Positions 40,003-48,917 of a stretch of 64,000 bases of DNA are shown here, piece by piece. The notes under the pieces were generated by a model, which saw only the letters and a list, made by a program, of their open reading frames with translations, did not search any database and was not told where the DNA came from. Positions within the stretch are counted from its first letter, which is position 1; each line of letters begins with the position of its first letter. The position numbers were made by a program, and so were the translations under genes. The stretch comes from an uncultured archaeon (GTDB lineage Archaea > Iainarchaeota > Iainarchaeia > Iainarchaeales > 1-14-0-10-31-34): the NCBI GenBank assembly GCA_964608675.1, contig CAZSOZ010000001.1:288001-352000 (forward strand). The letters are read 5' to 3'.

Positions 40003-40518
40003 TTACCAGGGAACTTTTTTTAATTTGAATTTGAATGCAATAAAATTTGCTGTTTTGTGTGCAATAACAGTTATGACACACACTACAAAAAACAATTGGA
40101 TTGAAATATTGTGAATAAGGCTTCCTAACAGAAGCCCTCCAAAAACAAAATCCAATTGGTCTAAAACAATAACTGGTTTTCCTCGCTTGATGTCCAGTCT
40201 TCTTTTAATAAAGCTTCCTGTTATATCTCCTAAAACTGCTCCTAATGCAAGAAGGACTCCGTATTCAAAATAATTTTTTATTATTGGAACGTTTCCTTGA
40301 AAATAAAAATCAACTAAAAAAACTGCAAGTATTCCTATTCCTGCTCCAAAAAGAGTTCCTTTAATTGTTTTTCCTTTTCCAAATAAAGGTTTTTTGTCAA
40401 AAAAATTTAAGTTGAAATCCACTGGAGTTTTTCCTCCTAAAAGCATTGCAGTAGAATTCGATAAATACAATGGAATTAAAATCAGCATTATTTCAAGAAT
40501 TAATGAAGTGTAATCCAT
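40003..40518 (-). CDS. carS: CDP-archaeol synthase
   Basis: PVDF...LFGKGKT.KG, GD..GSFIKRRL...RG and LDQLDF. Confidence 0.92.
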   Translation of the reverse strand: MDYTSLILEIMLILIPLYLSNSTAMLLGGKTPVDFNLNFFDKKPLFGKGKTIKGTLFGAGIGILAVFLVDFYFQGNVPIIKNYFEYGVLLALGAVLGDITGSFIKRRLDIKRGKPVIVLDQLDFVFGGLLLGSLIHNISIQLFFVVCVITVIAHKTANFIAFKFKLKKVPW

Positions 40519-40633
40519 TCAACCAACTTTTTTTTTGTTATTAAATAAAAGCGTTTTTTCTTTATTAATTTTTTTATTGTTTCCTTTTTAATTCAATTGC
40601 TTTTTTATTCTTTTTCTGTCAATATTCTTTTCT

Positions 40634-41533
40634 ATGAAAAAATTAGTTTTATTTATTGGTTTAGGTTTATTTCTGCTTGTTTTGATTGCTTTGGTTTTGT
40701 CTCTTGTTTTTCCCCAGAATTTTTCAGGTTTGTCAGGCGAAATTGCAGTTATCCCGATTAAAGGAGAAATTCTTTCGTCTTCTGATTCTTTTTCTTCTTC
40801 AATGAGTTCAACTTTGATTGCAGGAAAAATAAGGGAAGCAGACAAAGATCCTTTTATTAAAGCAATTTTTTTGGATATTGATTCCGGAGGAGGAAGTGTT
40901 GTTGCTTCAAAGGAAATAGTTTATGCTGTAAGGAAAGCAAAAAAACCGGTTGTAGCTTATATAGGGGGAGTAGGAGCATCAGGAGCGTATTATATTGCAG
41001 CAGCATCTGATTTAATTATTGCAGATGAAGATTCTCTTACAGGAAGTATTGGAGTAATAAGCATGTCAACTAACATTCAAGGTTTTTTAGAAAAACTTGG
41101 AATTGAAGTAAAAGTATTAAAGGAAGGAGAATTCAAAGACATGGGTTCTCCGTTTAAAGACTTAACAGAAAAAGAAAAAGAAATTTTAAATGAAATAATT
41201 TTTCAGGCTTCACAAAACTTTAAGTCAGATATACTGGAATTCAGAGAAAGCAAACTTAATGAATCAAAATTCAATCAGGTTGCAGATGGAAGAATTCTTT
41301 CAGGAAAAACAGCAAAAGAATTTGGTTTAATTGATTTAACTGGAAGCAGGCAGTTTGCAGTAAAAAAAACAGCTGAATTAGCAGGAATTAAAGGAGAACC
41401 AGTTTTAAGAAAATTTTCTCAGCCTGAAACCGATTTCTTTTCTTTGCTTTCAAAAGCAGGTTATTCTTTTGGCACAGGATTTATTTCAGCAGTAAAATCA
41501 TCTGAACCAAAATTTAAATTAAATGCAGAATAA
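40634..41533 (+). CDS. sppA: Signal peptide peptidase SppA (S49)
   Basis: DSGGGS, ASGAYYIA, TGSIGV, GEFKD. Confidence 0.93.
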   Translation: MKKLVLFIGLGLFLLVLIALVLSLVFPQNFSGLSGEIAVIPIKGEILSSSDSFSSSMSSTLIAGKIREADKDPFIKAIFLDIDSGGGSVVASKEIVYAVRKAKKPVVAYIGGVGASGAYYIAAASDLIIADEDSLTGSIGVISMSTNIQGFLEKLGIEVKVLKEGEFKDMGSPFKDLTEKEKEILNEIIFQASQNFKSDILEFRESKLNESKFNQVADGRILSGKTAKEFGLIDLTGSRQFAVKKTAELAGIKGEPVLRKFSQPETDFFSLLSKAGYSFGTGFISAVKSSEPKFKLNAE

Positions 41534-41540
41534 TTATTTT

Positions 41541-42227
41541 TTATCCTGCAACAATTACAGAAAAAACTACAGCGATTGAAGTTGCAATAAAATTAACCCC
41601 TGTATTTGAAAGCTTTCCTTTTCTTTCAAATAATGCGCCTAAAATGCTGTCAGCAAAAGTTCCAATCAATCCTGCTAAAAGAATTACTCCTGCAAAAAAC
41701 ACGCTTGAATACAATGCATAATGCATTAATGCAATTAATCCTGCTCCAATTAAAGCAAAAACACAGCCTAAAACTGTGATTCCTCCGTCTGTTCCTGTTT
41801 CTACTTCTTTAAAGGTAGTGATAAGCAAAGGCTTTCTTGATGAAAGCATTCCTATTTCAGAGCTTAATGTATCGGCTAATGCAGCTGAAATTCCTGCAAA
41901 AAAACCAATAGGAAAATTTAATCCTAATGCAATTACTCCTGCCAGTGAATTTCCCAGAATGTTTCCTGTTGTTCTCACTTCGTGTTCTTTTCGTATTTTT
42001 TTTGATCTGTATCTTGTTCCTGTTTCTCCGATAACAAAAAAATAGGAAATAAAAAGGAAAGCAGTTAATCCTCCTGTTGAAGTTATCTGCCCTAAAAAAA
42101 CAGTTGTTAATCCGATTAATAATCCGATTAAAATTCCTTTTCTGTCAAAACTTTTCTTTTTTACTGAAATAAAAGTAAATATTGCTAAAATAATTAATAT
42201 AATAAGCAGTTCTATTGAAGTTAACAC
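41541..42227 (-). CDS. DUF92/TMEM19 membrane protein
   Basis: ADTLSSEIG, GTDGGIT.LG, DSILGA, VNF. Confidence 0.9.
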   Translation of the reverse strand: MLTSIELLIILIILAIFTFISVKKKSFDRKGILIGLLIGLTTVFLGQITSTGGLTAFLFISYFFVIGETGTRYRSKKIRKEHEVRTTGNILGNSLAGVIALGLNFPIGFFAGISAALADTLSSEIGMLSSRKPLLITTFKEVETGTDGGITVLGCVFALIGAGLIALMHYALYSSVFFAGVILLAGLIGTFADSILGALFERKGKLSNTGVNFIATSIAVVFSVIVAG

Positions 42228-42229
42228 TT

Positions 42230-42850
42230 TTATTTACCTTCAATCAGCTTTGTTTTGGCTATTTCAACTCTTCTTATTGAACCTATTTTTTTTGCGTCAT
42301 TCTGTATTTTTATTGCAATGTTTCCAAAAATCATTTCGTTTAAAAAGTCATCAAAATCTTTTTTCTTTGAAGCATAAGCAATTTTTTCCATCATTATTTT
42401 TCTTACTGCTGTTTCTTTTATTTTTGTTAGTTTTCTTCCTGATACAACTACTGCTTTTACTCTTGTTTTTTCTCCGTCTTTTAATTCTAAAACCTGATTT
42501 GTTTCCATTTTGCTTGTTCTTCTTCTTATAACTCTTTTCAGGAAATTAGGGTTTATTTCGTGTCCTAAAACTTTGGTGTATGCTTTTAATCCCTGAACAT
42601 CTTTTATTTTAAAAAACAAAGTAATATGTTGTTTTTTTGGATTTCCTGTTAATGTTCTTACATTAATTTTAATGATTCTTCCCTGTAGGGTTTCAGGTTT
42701 TTCTGCAACAGTTTCTCCTATTTCTTTTTGGTCAAATAATTTTGGAGCATATACTGTAAACCATTTCTTTTTTTTCCATTTATCTGTGGTTCTTCTTGAA
42801 TCTGTTTTTTTTGGTTTTATTTTTTCTTTTTTTTGTTCTTTTTTTGCCAT
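42230..42850 (-). CDS. rps3ae: 30S ribosomal protein eS1 (S3Ae)
   Basis: DKWKKKKWFTVYAPKLF...GR signature. Confidence 0.95.
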   Translation of the reverse strand: MAKKEQKKEKIKPKKTDSRRTTDKWKKKKWFTVYAPKLFDQKEIGETVAEKPETLQGRIIKINVRTLTGNPKKQHITLFFKIKDVQGLKAYTKVLGHEINPNFLKRVIRRRTSKMETNQVLELKDGEKTRVKAVVVSGRKLTKIKETAVRKIMMEKIAYASKKKDFDDFLNEMIFGNIAIKIQNDAKKIGSIRRVEIAKTKLIEGK

Positions 42851-42855
42851 TCTTA

Positions 42856-42963
42856 TCACAGTTCCTGAATCATTTTTTCTCCTGTTTCCAGAAGATTTTT
42901 CAGCCCTTTTCCTTTTTCTTCTTTTTCGTGATTTTTTGTTTTTATTTTGATTGAGTAATTCAC
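42856..42963 (-). pseudogene. 35-aa ORF at the conserved pcc1 position, possible internally deleted KEOPS Pcc1
   Basis: GTG overlaps the uS15 stop (TAGTG); MNYSIKIKTKNHEKEEKGKGLKNLLETGEKMIQEL*; ends just before the eS1 start. Confidence 0.4.
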
Positions 42964-43418
42964 TATTTCACCATTAATTCTGCTTCTTCTTCTGTGTATC
43001 TCCATCCTTCAGGGATTTTTCCTTTGTTTGAATAATATTTTCCCAGCCTTCTTATTTTTGATACAGTCAGCTGGTATCCTCTTAAAGCACTTTTATCGTG
43101 CTTGTTGTTTTCGTAATGTTTTTTTTCTTTAACAGATTTTCTGATTAAGTTAAGTAAATTTCTTGGAAAATCAGATTTAATTCCTGCTTCTTCAATTATT
43201 TTTTCAATCTTTTTTTTGGTTGCTGTTTTAACTGAAGGAACAGCATATTCGTCTCTTAAAATTATTCCTATTTCTGAAGAAGGGTGCCCTTTATGGGCTA
43301 ATTCAATTATTTTTTCTTCTATTTCTTTTGGTTTTAATTCAATCCATTCAGGATTGCTTTTTTTTGCCGGTCTTTTTGAACCGCTTTTTCCTTTGCTTCT
43401 TCCGTGAATTCTAGCCAA
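42963..43418 (-). CDS. rps15: 30S ribosomal protein uS15 (S15P/S13e)
   Basis: ARIHGRSKGKSGSKRP, SEIGIILRD, SKIRRL..YY. Confidence 0.96.
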   Translation of the reverse strand: MARIHGRSKGKSGSKRPAKKSNPEWIELKPKEIEEKIIELAHKGHPSSEIGIILRDEYAVPSVKTATKKKIEKIIEEAGIKSDFPRNLLNLIRKSVKEKKHYENNKHDKSALRGYQLTVSKIRRLGKYYSNKGKIPEGWRYTEEEAELMVK

Positions 43419-43549
43419 ATAAATCTACTCCTATAAAATACTTTTTAATAACATAAAATAAATGCATAAAAAATAGCATCAAATTAATGCTTTACACTCA
43501 ATATTTTGTGAAACATTAGGTTTTTATAGCTTTTTTCGATTCTTTTTGC

Positions 43550-44149
43550 TTATAAATATCTTCCTCTTTTTTCTACTTCCTGAATTCTTTTAATTACTGT
43601 TTTTCCGTGTTTTGATTTCAGGTATCCTTTTTCAATCCATTTCCATTCTTTTTTCTTTTCCGGATGGGAAGACAAAAAAGTTCTTTTAAATCCCAGTAAA
43701 TCAACTGCAAAATCTTCAATTTTTTTTGAATTAAAGCCTAATCCAAAATCAATAAAAAAAAGTTTTTCTTTAAATAATATGTTGTTGGCAGTTAAATCTC
43801 CATGCACAATCTGGTTTTTATGAAGCAAAGAAATCTGTTTTCCTAACTCCAAAAAATCTTTTTTCTTTAATTCATTAATTTGTTCTTTTATTTTTTTTGC
43901 TTTAATGAATTCCATTAAAATAATTCCTTTTTCTTTCTGAACTTCAAACAAAACAGGAGTTCTTATTCCAGCCAGTTTTGCTTTATGAATCAGGTTTGCT
44001 TCGTCTCTTGTTCTATGTTTTCTGATTTTTTCATCCAATTTTTTGTTTCTGTATTTTTTGTTTGTCCTGTGTTTTTCAATTATTTTTCTTCCAAACTTTT
44101 TAATTAAAAAAGTTCTTGCTTCTGCTCCCTCAAAAATCAGTTTTTTCAT
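43550..44149 (-). CDS. bud32: KEOPS kinase/ATPase Bud32
   Basis: GAEA, HGDLTANN, IDFGL, C-terminal RGRY. Confidence 0.95.
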   Translation of the reverse strand: MKKLIFEGAEARTFLIKKFGRKIIEKHRTNKKYRNKKLDEKIRKHRTRDEANLIHKAKLAGIRTPVLFEVQKEKGIILMEFIKAKKIKEQINELKKKDFLELGKQISLLHKNQIVHGDLTANNILFKEKLFFIDFGLGFNSKKIEDFAVDLLGFKRTFLSSHPEKKKEWKWIEKGYLKSKHGKTVIKRIQEVEKRGRYL

Positions 44150-44174
44150 TTAAAAATTAAATAAAAAAAAGTAT

Positions 44175-44702
44175 TTAACAGCTTCTTTTGTCTTTTATTT
44201 CTCTGAAAGAAATTATTATTGAATTAGTTGTATCTAAAACATTTTCATTCCATTCTTTTGTTTTTTCTGCAAGCTTGTCATATTCAAGGTATTCCTGAAT
44301 TGAATTTCTTGCTGATTCAGCAGAGCTTATAATTGAATCAACTGCTTCCATCTGCTTTTTGCATTCAATTGCTTTTCTTGCTTCAATCAAATTCAACTGC
44401 ATTAAAATTAATTCTTTTCTTGCTTTAACCAGAAGCTTTAATGCATTTGCTTCTTTATCTTGTTTTTTTTCGTTCAGTTTTTTTTCAAAATCAGTTAATT
44501 CAAGATTGTATTCTTTAAGTTTCTGTTCTTGTGCAGGAACAAGACCTTCAGAAAAAAATTTGCTGTCAATTGATTCCAATTCATTTAAGCCTTCTTCAAA
44601 GGAAATTGTGTTGAATGCGTTTTCAACGTAAACAAAATAATACAATAAGAGCGCTGCAAGCAGAACCAAAAGCAATTTACTTCGCATATTCATTAAAACC
44701 AC
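44175..44702 (-). CDS. Membrane-anchored helical hypothetical protein
   Basis: N-terminal TM followed by an amphipathic helical region. Confidence 0.65.
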   Translation of the reverse strand: MVLMNMRSKLLLVLLAALLLYYFVYVENAFNTISFEEGLNELESIDSKFFSEGLVPAQEQKLKEYNLELTDFEKKLNEKKQDKEANALKLLVKARKELILMQLNLIEARKAIECKKQMEAVDSIISSAESARNSIQEYLEYDKLAEKTKEWNENVLDTTNSIIISFREIKDKRSC

Positions 44703-44738
44703 TAGTAATAATATTTCTTCTTTTTATTAAAGTTTTTT

Positions 44739-44747
44739 GGTTTTCGG
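44739..44747. repeat. Left target-site duplication GGTTTTCGG
   Basis: Identical 9-mer at 50167-50175. Confidence 0.92.
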
Positions 44748-44772
44748 GACGTTGTTTAAAAAGTCCTTTTTA

Positions 44773-44792
44773 GAGGCTTCTGTTTAAAAACT
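44773..44792 (+). repeat. Inner (subterminal) left inverted repeat
   Basis: GAGGCTTCTGTTTAAAAACT matches the reverse complement of 50100-50119 at 18/20. Confidence 0.85.
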
Positions 44793-44830
44793 ATTTTTTA
44801 AATAGCTGTGTCTAAAAAACACTTTTAATA

Positions 44831-45862
44831 TTATTGAGATTTATGCATCCATTTTAACAGATTTGTAGATGAAGAAGCACTTTTTCTGATTTTTCTTTTT
44901 TTAGTTGGCTTACGCCTTTCTAAAGCCATTCTTTCTGTACATATTTTTCTTGAAAATTTTTCATATTGTTTATTTTGCTTCTTCGGTTTAGCTAAATCAG
45001 ATAAACTAACAGTAATGTAAACGCCATCGAATCTTAACGTATTCATTTTTCTCAAAAACACAAGCCCTTCAATTACCCAATCACGCTTAAGTTTAGAGAA
45101 TTCATTATTTGTGCGTTCTAAAATGAAGCTATAAAAATCATCAAAATTAACTCTTTGTTCTTTTCTTGGATTTGGCTGTTGAAGTACTTTAGAAAAAAAT
45201 TGTCTAATAAACCCCTCTATTTCTCCTGCAAGATATGGAATAGGAGGTTTTCTCTTTGAAAAAGTAAAATTTTTTGTTGTTTGATAAATGGCTATTTTAG
45301 GAAGACTTATAGTTATTCCAGTCGGGTTTTCTTTTAACTTACTTAAAAATTCATTTTCATCTGCATTTCCTTTATAAAACTGAAGTTTTAAAGTTTCTTC
45401 ATTCCCTGTGTTCTTGTACACATTGAAGCTCACAAAACATATTTTTTTGGATTCTCCTTCTCCAGATAAGTCTTTGTTTTTTTCATACATCTCTACTAAA
45501 TTTTGTATTTTATCCACATGACAAATAAAAATAAAGTTGTTTGTTTTGTATTTTTTTCCAGAAATAAAAACATCGGACAGTCTTAATCTATTATTTTTAA
45601 TATCTTCATAAATTTCTTCTTCTTTGTTTGGGAGAGAATTTTTTATTTCTATGAGGCACAAATTTTCATTCTTTGCAATAACTATATCTACTTCAAAAGA
45701 TTTTCCTTCTTTTGTCTTTACGTCATCTTCAGCTTGAATTAAAGTCCATTCAAGATTATTTTCTTTTAAAAATTTATGAACAAAACTAACTATCTGAAGT
45801 GTTGAAGAATAAAACTGTGAGTCTCTTATGAGTAAATCTATACATTTTTGTTTTTCATCCAC
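44831..45862 (-). CDS. PD-(D/E)XK nuclease-domain protein with possible C-terminal winged helix (transposon cargo)
   Basis: E...EVDIVI.....LIEIKNS motif; later KPPIPYL...WVIEGLVFL; basic tail ending STNLLKWM. Confidence 0.65.
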   Translation of the reverse strand: MDEKQKCIDLLIRDSQFYSSTLQIVSFVHKFLKENNLEWTLIQAEDDVKTKEGKSFEVDIVIAKNENLCLIEIKNSLPNKEEEIYEDIKNNRLRLSDVFISGKKYKTNNFIFICHVDKIQNLVEMYEKNKDLSGEGESKKICFVSFNVYKNTGNEETLKLQFYKGNADENEFLSKLKENPTGITISLPKIAIYQTTKNFTFSKRKPPIPYLAGEIEGFIRQFFSKVLQQPNPRKEQRVNFDDFYSFILERTNNEFSKLKRDWVIEGLVFLRKMNTLRFDGVYITVSLSDLAKPKKQNKQYEKFSRKICTERMALERRKPTKKRKIRKSASSSTNLLKWMHKSQ

Positions 45863-47011
45863 TTAACCACTTTGAATTTTTCCTTCCCCAAATCTTGAGA
45901 ATAAATAAGAAATTAATTTAGAAAGAGAGACTCCAGAACAAGAGTATTGGGGGATAATCATCATTTCATAGGATGAATTACTTTCACTGTTTTTATCATA
46001 AAATAGTATATCGTAAGTTGAGCCATCATTATAATCCGTTGCTCGTGAATGAAAATAGGGATTTCCAGAATGATATAAATTTACTAATATATTTTTGTTA
46101 GACTGCAAAATAGAACTAAAATTTTTGACAACCTGATGATTTGTTATTCCGGGGATATTTATGTCAAATTCTACTTTTATCTCATTTACTTTGTCTATTG
46201 TTCTTTCTTTGTTTTCAAAAAGCTCCAGCTTGTCAAATCTATCCTGAATTATCTTGTTCAATATTCTTTCTTCAAAAAAGTCATAATATCCATCAACATA
46301 CTTCACTAATCCTTTTCTTGAAATTTGTGTCCTTAATATTAATCTTTTGTTTTCAGAATCCCTTACATCAAAAGAAATTGTATTAATAAATGAGTTTTCT
46401 TCGCCAATATTTTTCAATACTTTTTCTATTGGAACATCAGATAGATAATGTATCTCAGAACTATATAGTCTGCCTTTCCTAACAACTCGTTCTTCCTTTT
46501 GCCACCATCGTTTAATAGAGAGTAATGTTGCACTTATGAAATATCCCTCATTCTTTATTCCTTCTAAGATATCTCTAATTTGTGTCGATGAAATAAAAAG
46601 ATTTTTAGAAAAAGGGTAAAGTTTGTTTAAAAAATAAGGAAGAGCTTCTCTTAAAAAGTTTGACTTGCCGTCTGACAAAAACAATGCCAAATGTTTAGTT
46701 TTATCAAATAAACAAAGGGCGTTCCCTTTTATTCTTTCAATTTTACCCTCAGAATTGTTCCTTAATTTTTCAATATGTAGTTTAACTAACTTCTTTGAAG
46801 CGGTTTCTTCGACAACATCAAAACGCAACAGAATATTATTTGAATATTTTTTACTAACAAAATCAAAAACCGAAATGGGTTCTACTGTTTTGGAAAAAAG
46901 AGTTATATAAAAAACTATTTTATTTTCTGAAATTTGAGAGATTTCCTTGTAGGATTTCAAATAACTTTGCATTTCTTTTATAGAATTAATATTTTCAGAA
47001 ATGCCAGTCAT
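45863..47011 (-). CDS. Uncharacterised protein (transposon cargo), translationally coupled to the nuclease gene
   Basis: 382-aa ORF with a GAGGGGGG RBS; its stop abuts the next GTG; motif-like C-terminus HSGNPYFH...DGSTYDI...IIPQ...FGEG. Confidence 0.8.
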   Translation of the reverse strand: MTGISENINSIKEMQSYLKSYKEISQISENKIVFYITLFSKTVEPISVFDFVSKKYSNNILLRFDVVEETASKKLVKLHIEKLRNNSEGKIERIKGNALCLFDKTKHLALFLSDGKSNFLREALPYFLNKLYPFSKNLFISSTQIRDILEGIKNEGYFISATLLSIKRWWQKEERVVRKGRLYSSEIHYLSDVPIEKVLKNIGEENSFINTISFDVRDSENKRLILRTQISRKGLVKYVDGYYDFFEERILNKIIQDRFDKLELFENKERTIDKVNEIKVEFDINIPGITNHQVVKNFSSILQSNKNILVNLYHSGNPYFHSRATDYNDGSTYDILFYDKNSESNSSYEMMIIPQYSCSGVSLSKLISYLFSRFGEGKIQSG

Positions 47012-47100
47012 AAACCCCCCTCATTAACATTCGCTTTGAAATTATGGATGTTAAAATTTAAATTACTATGGGAATGCTCGTTTTTGGCAAAAGCTGGTTT

Positions 47101-47259
47101 TTAAGTATTTTCATCCATTAACGATTTTACTGTTTTTTTCATTAAAAAATCCAAATTGGTTTTATTGTTTCTTGCATAAATGGTTGTTGTTTTTGATTTG
47201 CCTGTCTTTAAATCAATTAGCCGTAACCTGTAATTTCCTTTTTGTCTTCCTATTTGCAT
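47101..47259 (-). CDS. Small basic protein (52 aa, transposon cargo)
   Basis: Manual translation MQIGRQKGNYRLRLIDLKTGKSKTTTIYARNNKTNLDFLMKKTVKSLMDENT*. Confidence 0.55.
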   Translation of the reverse strand: MQIGRQKGNYRLRLIDLKTGKSKTTTIYARNNKTNLDFLMKKTVKSLMDENT

Positions 47260-47300
47260 GGAAAAATTTATTCAGTTTGTGCATTTAAACCACCAACAAC

Positions 47301-47345
47301 TTGTACAACTTTTTGTACAACATTTAAAAACATGATTTTATACAA
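47301..47345. promoter_or_regulatory. Tandem TTGTACAA palindromes in a divergent cargo promoter
   Basis: TTGTACAA at 47301-47308 and 47313-47320; a TTATACAA variant near 47338-47345. Confidence 0.5.
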
Positions 47346-47353
47346 TACTTTAG

Positions 47354-48337
47354 ATGATTTTAAAGAACAATCTCAAAATAATGAGTATTTTATTTATTTT
47401 TTTGTTCCTTTTTGGTTGCTTGGATTCAGAGGAGAATAACCAAAAACAAGAATTAAAGGAATCAGAAATTGAACTTTACTCACTTTATTTAGAAAGTATT
47501 TTCACTTCAGATTATGTTGTTGCTGATGCACAAGATGAGTTAAAATTTGAAGTGAGAAAATGCAATTTTGAGAAAGGAATGTTAGGAGAAAAACCTCTTC
47601 TTTTGGCTTTTGAAAGACCAATTATAAGCATTCATTCATTAGAAGGCACTCCTGAAAGAAACACAGTAATTGCTGGAACACAAATCAATGACAAAAACTA
47701 TGTTCAGACAGTTTTTGCACCACTCATAACTTTGGCAATAATTAACAAAGGCAAAACTGATAGCGGAGAAATAAGACTTTCTTTTGATGTTGAATCAAAT
47801 GGAGATTTAACGTTTGCTAATGTTGAAAGATTTAGTTGGGGGGCAGGATATAGAACAAAGTTTCCTGAAGATTTAGTACACAAACATTATTTTATAACAG
47901 AAGAAAATGAATATGTTTTTTTTGATGCTGACAAAATAGGTTCTGAAGATTTGTCTGAAAACGAAATAGTTATGGATGAACTAACTGAAGCAAAAATTCT
48001 GACGCTTTGTAATGACGGGGTTCTTGATTATTCTGAGTTTCTTGGAGTTAATTTTCCTTGTAGACAATCCTTCAAAGAAATACAAATAGAGAATTTACAG
48101 CCAAATGAAATAGCCAAAATTTCTTTCTTTTATTTTCCTATGCAAAGAATAAGTTTTGAATCTAAATATCCTGTTAATCCAAAATATCAGTTTCCAATAA
48201 AAGAAAAAGAAAACGAATTAACTGAAATTAAAATTTATTATGCAAATAATGTTTCAAAAGAACTTTTATTAAAAATCAACCTTTCGCATTCTTTGAACGA
48301 GTTTTCTTTTGACGAGATTCTTGATAATTGTCAATGA
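47354..48337 (+). CDS. Lipoprotein of unknown function (transposon cargo)
   Basis: LFGC lipobox after a hydrophobic stretch; acidic beta-rich body. Confidence 0.75.
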   Translation: MILKNNLKIMSILFIFLFLFGCLDSEENNQKQELKESEIELYSLYLESIFTSDYVVADAQDELKFEVRKCNFEKGMLGEKPLLLAFERPIISIHSLEGTPERNTVIAGTQINDKNYVQTVFAPLITLAIINKGKTDSGEIRLSFDVESNGDLTFANVERFSWGAGYRTKFPEDLVHKHYFITEENEYVFFDADKIGSEDLSENEIVMDELTEAKILTLCNDGVLDYSEFLGVNFPCRQSFKEIQIENLQPNEIAKISFFYFPMQRISFESKYPVNPKYQFPIKEKENELTEIKIYYANNVSKELLLKINLSHSLNEFSFDEILDNCQ

Positions 48338-48584
48338 GTTTTTTAAAATCTTCCCACGTTGGAACATCTAACATTTCTTCCCTGAGTCTCCATCTAATTC
48401 TGTTTCCTTCTCGGTATACTTCTAATATGCTCGGCTGGTCAATTCCGCTCATGGCTCTTAAATATTTTTTTGCAGTAGCCCAACTCATGTGCGTTTTTAA
48501 TGCAATTCTTCTGGTAGTTACTCCTCTATTAGCTAACCACAAATATTTTAGAATAATGTATTGAAAGTCATTTAGATTTTTCAT
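48276..48584 (-). CDS. Winged-helix/HTH DNA-binding protein
   Basis: ILKYL...TTRRIALKTHMSWATAKKYL...IRW HTH plus wing. Confidence 0.8.
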   Translation of the reverse strand: MKNLNDFQYIILKYLWLANRGVTTRRIALKTHMSWATAKKYLRAMSGIDQPSILEVYREGNRIRWRLREEMLDVPTWEDFKKLIDNYQESRQKKTRSKNAKG

Positions 48585-48804
48585 CTAAAAACCTCACAGT
48601 AACTTCCTTTTTGTCTTTTTTCTTTAAATCAAATAAAATTTTTGCTTTTTGTCCTTTTTTGATTTTTAAATAATCAGCCAATTCTTTAGGAAACCTTAAG
48701 AAGAATTGTCTGCTGTCAAAACTAACACTTACTTCCCACATATCAACTGATAAACTATCATCAATTGCTTTATTAACAGTTCCTCTTTGACTCAATTTTT
48801 TCAC
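48568..48804 (-). CDS. AbrB/SpoVT-like DNA-binding protein
   Basis: QFFLRFPKELADYLKIKKGQK, matching the AbrB-type Q..+.+P..+...L.+..G motif. Confidence 0.75.
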   Translation of the reverse strand: MKKLSQRGTVNKAIDDSLSVDMWEVSVSFDSRQFFLRFPKELADYLKIKKGQKAKILFDLKKKDKKEVTVRFLDEKSK

Positions 48805-48831
48805 CTTTTTAATTATAATTTATTCACTTAA

Positions 48832-48917
48832 AACGTACGTTCAAGATAAAATAAAATATTAGTCGTACGAAACATATTTAAATCTATTTATACACTATTA
48901 ATTATTCGTACGAATAA
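48832..48917. promoter_or_regulatory. Divergent promoter with three CGTACG palindromic sites
   Basis: AACGTACGTT (48832-48841), TCGTACGA (48863-48870) and the perfect 16-bp TTATTCGTACGAATAA (48902-48917) around a TATA-like element; AAGGTG RBS before the transposase. Confidence 0.7.

Noticed and set aside
47242-47439. 65-aa plus-strand ORF in the transposon
   Set aside because: It overlaps the promoter repeats and the better-supported 52-aa and lipoprotein genes.
48276-48804. AbrB plus partner as a toxin-antitoxin pair
   Set aside because: The partner is an HTH protein with no PIN, MazF or RelE toxin motifs, so a regulatory role fits better.
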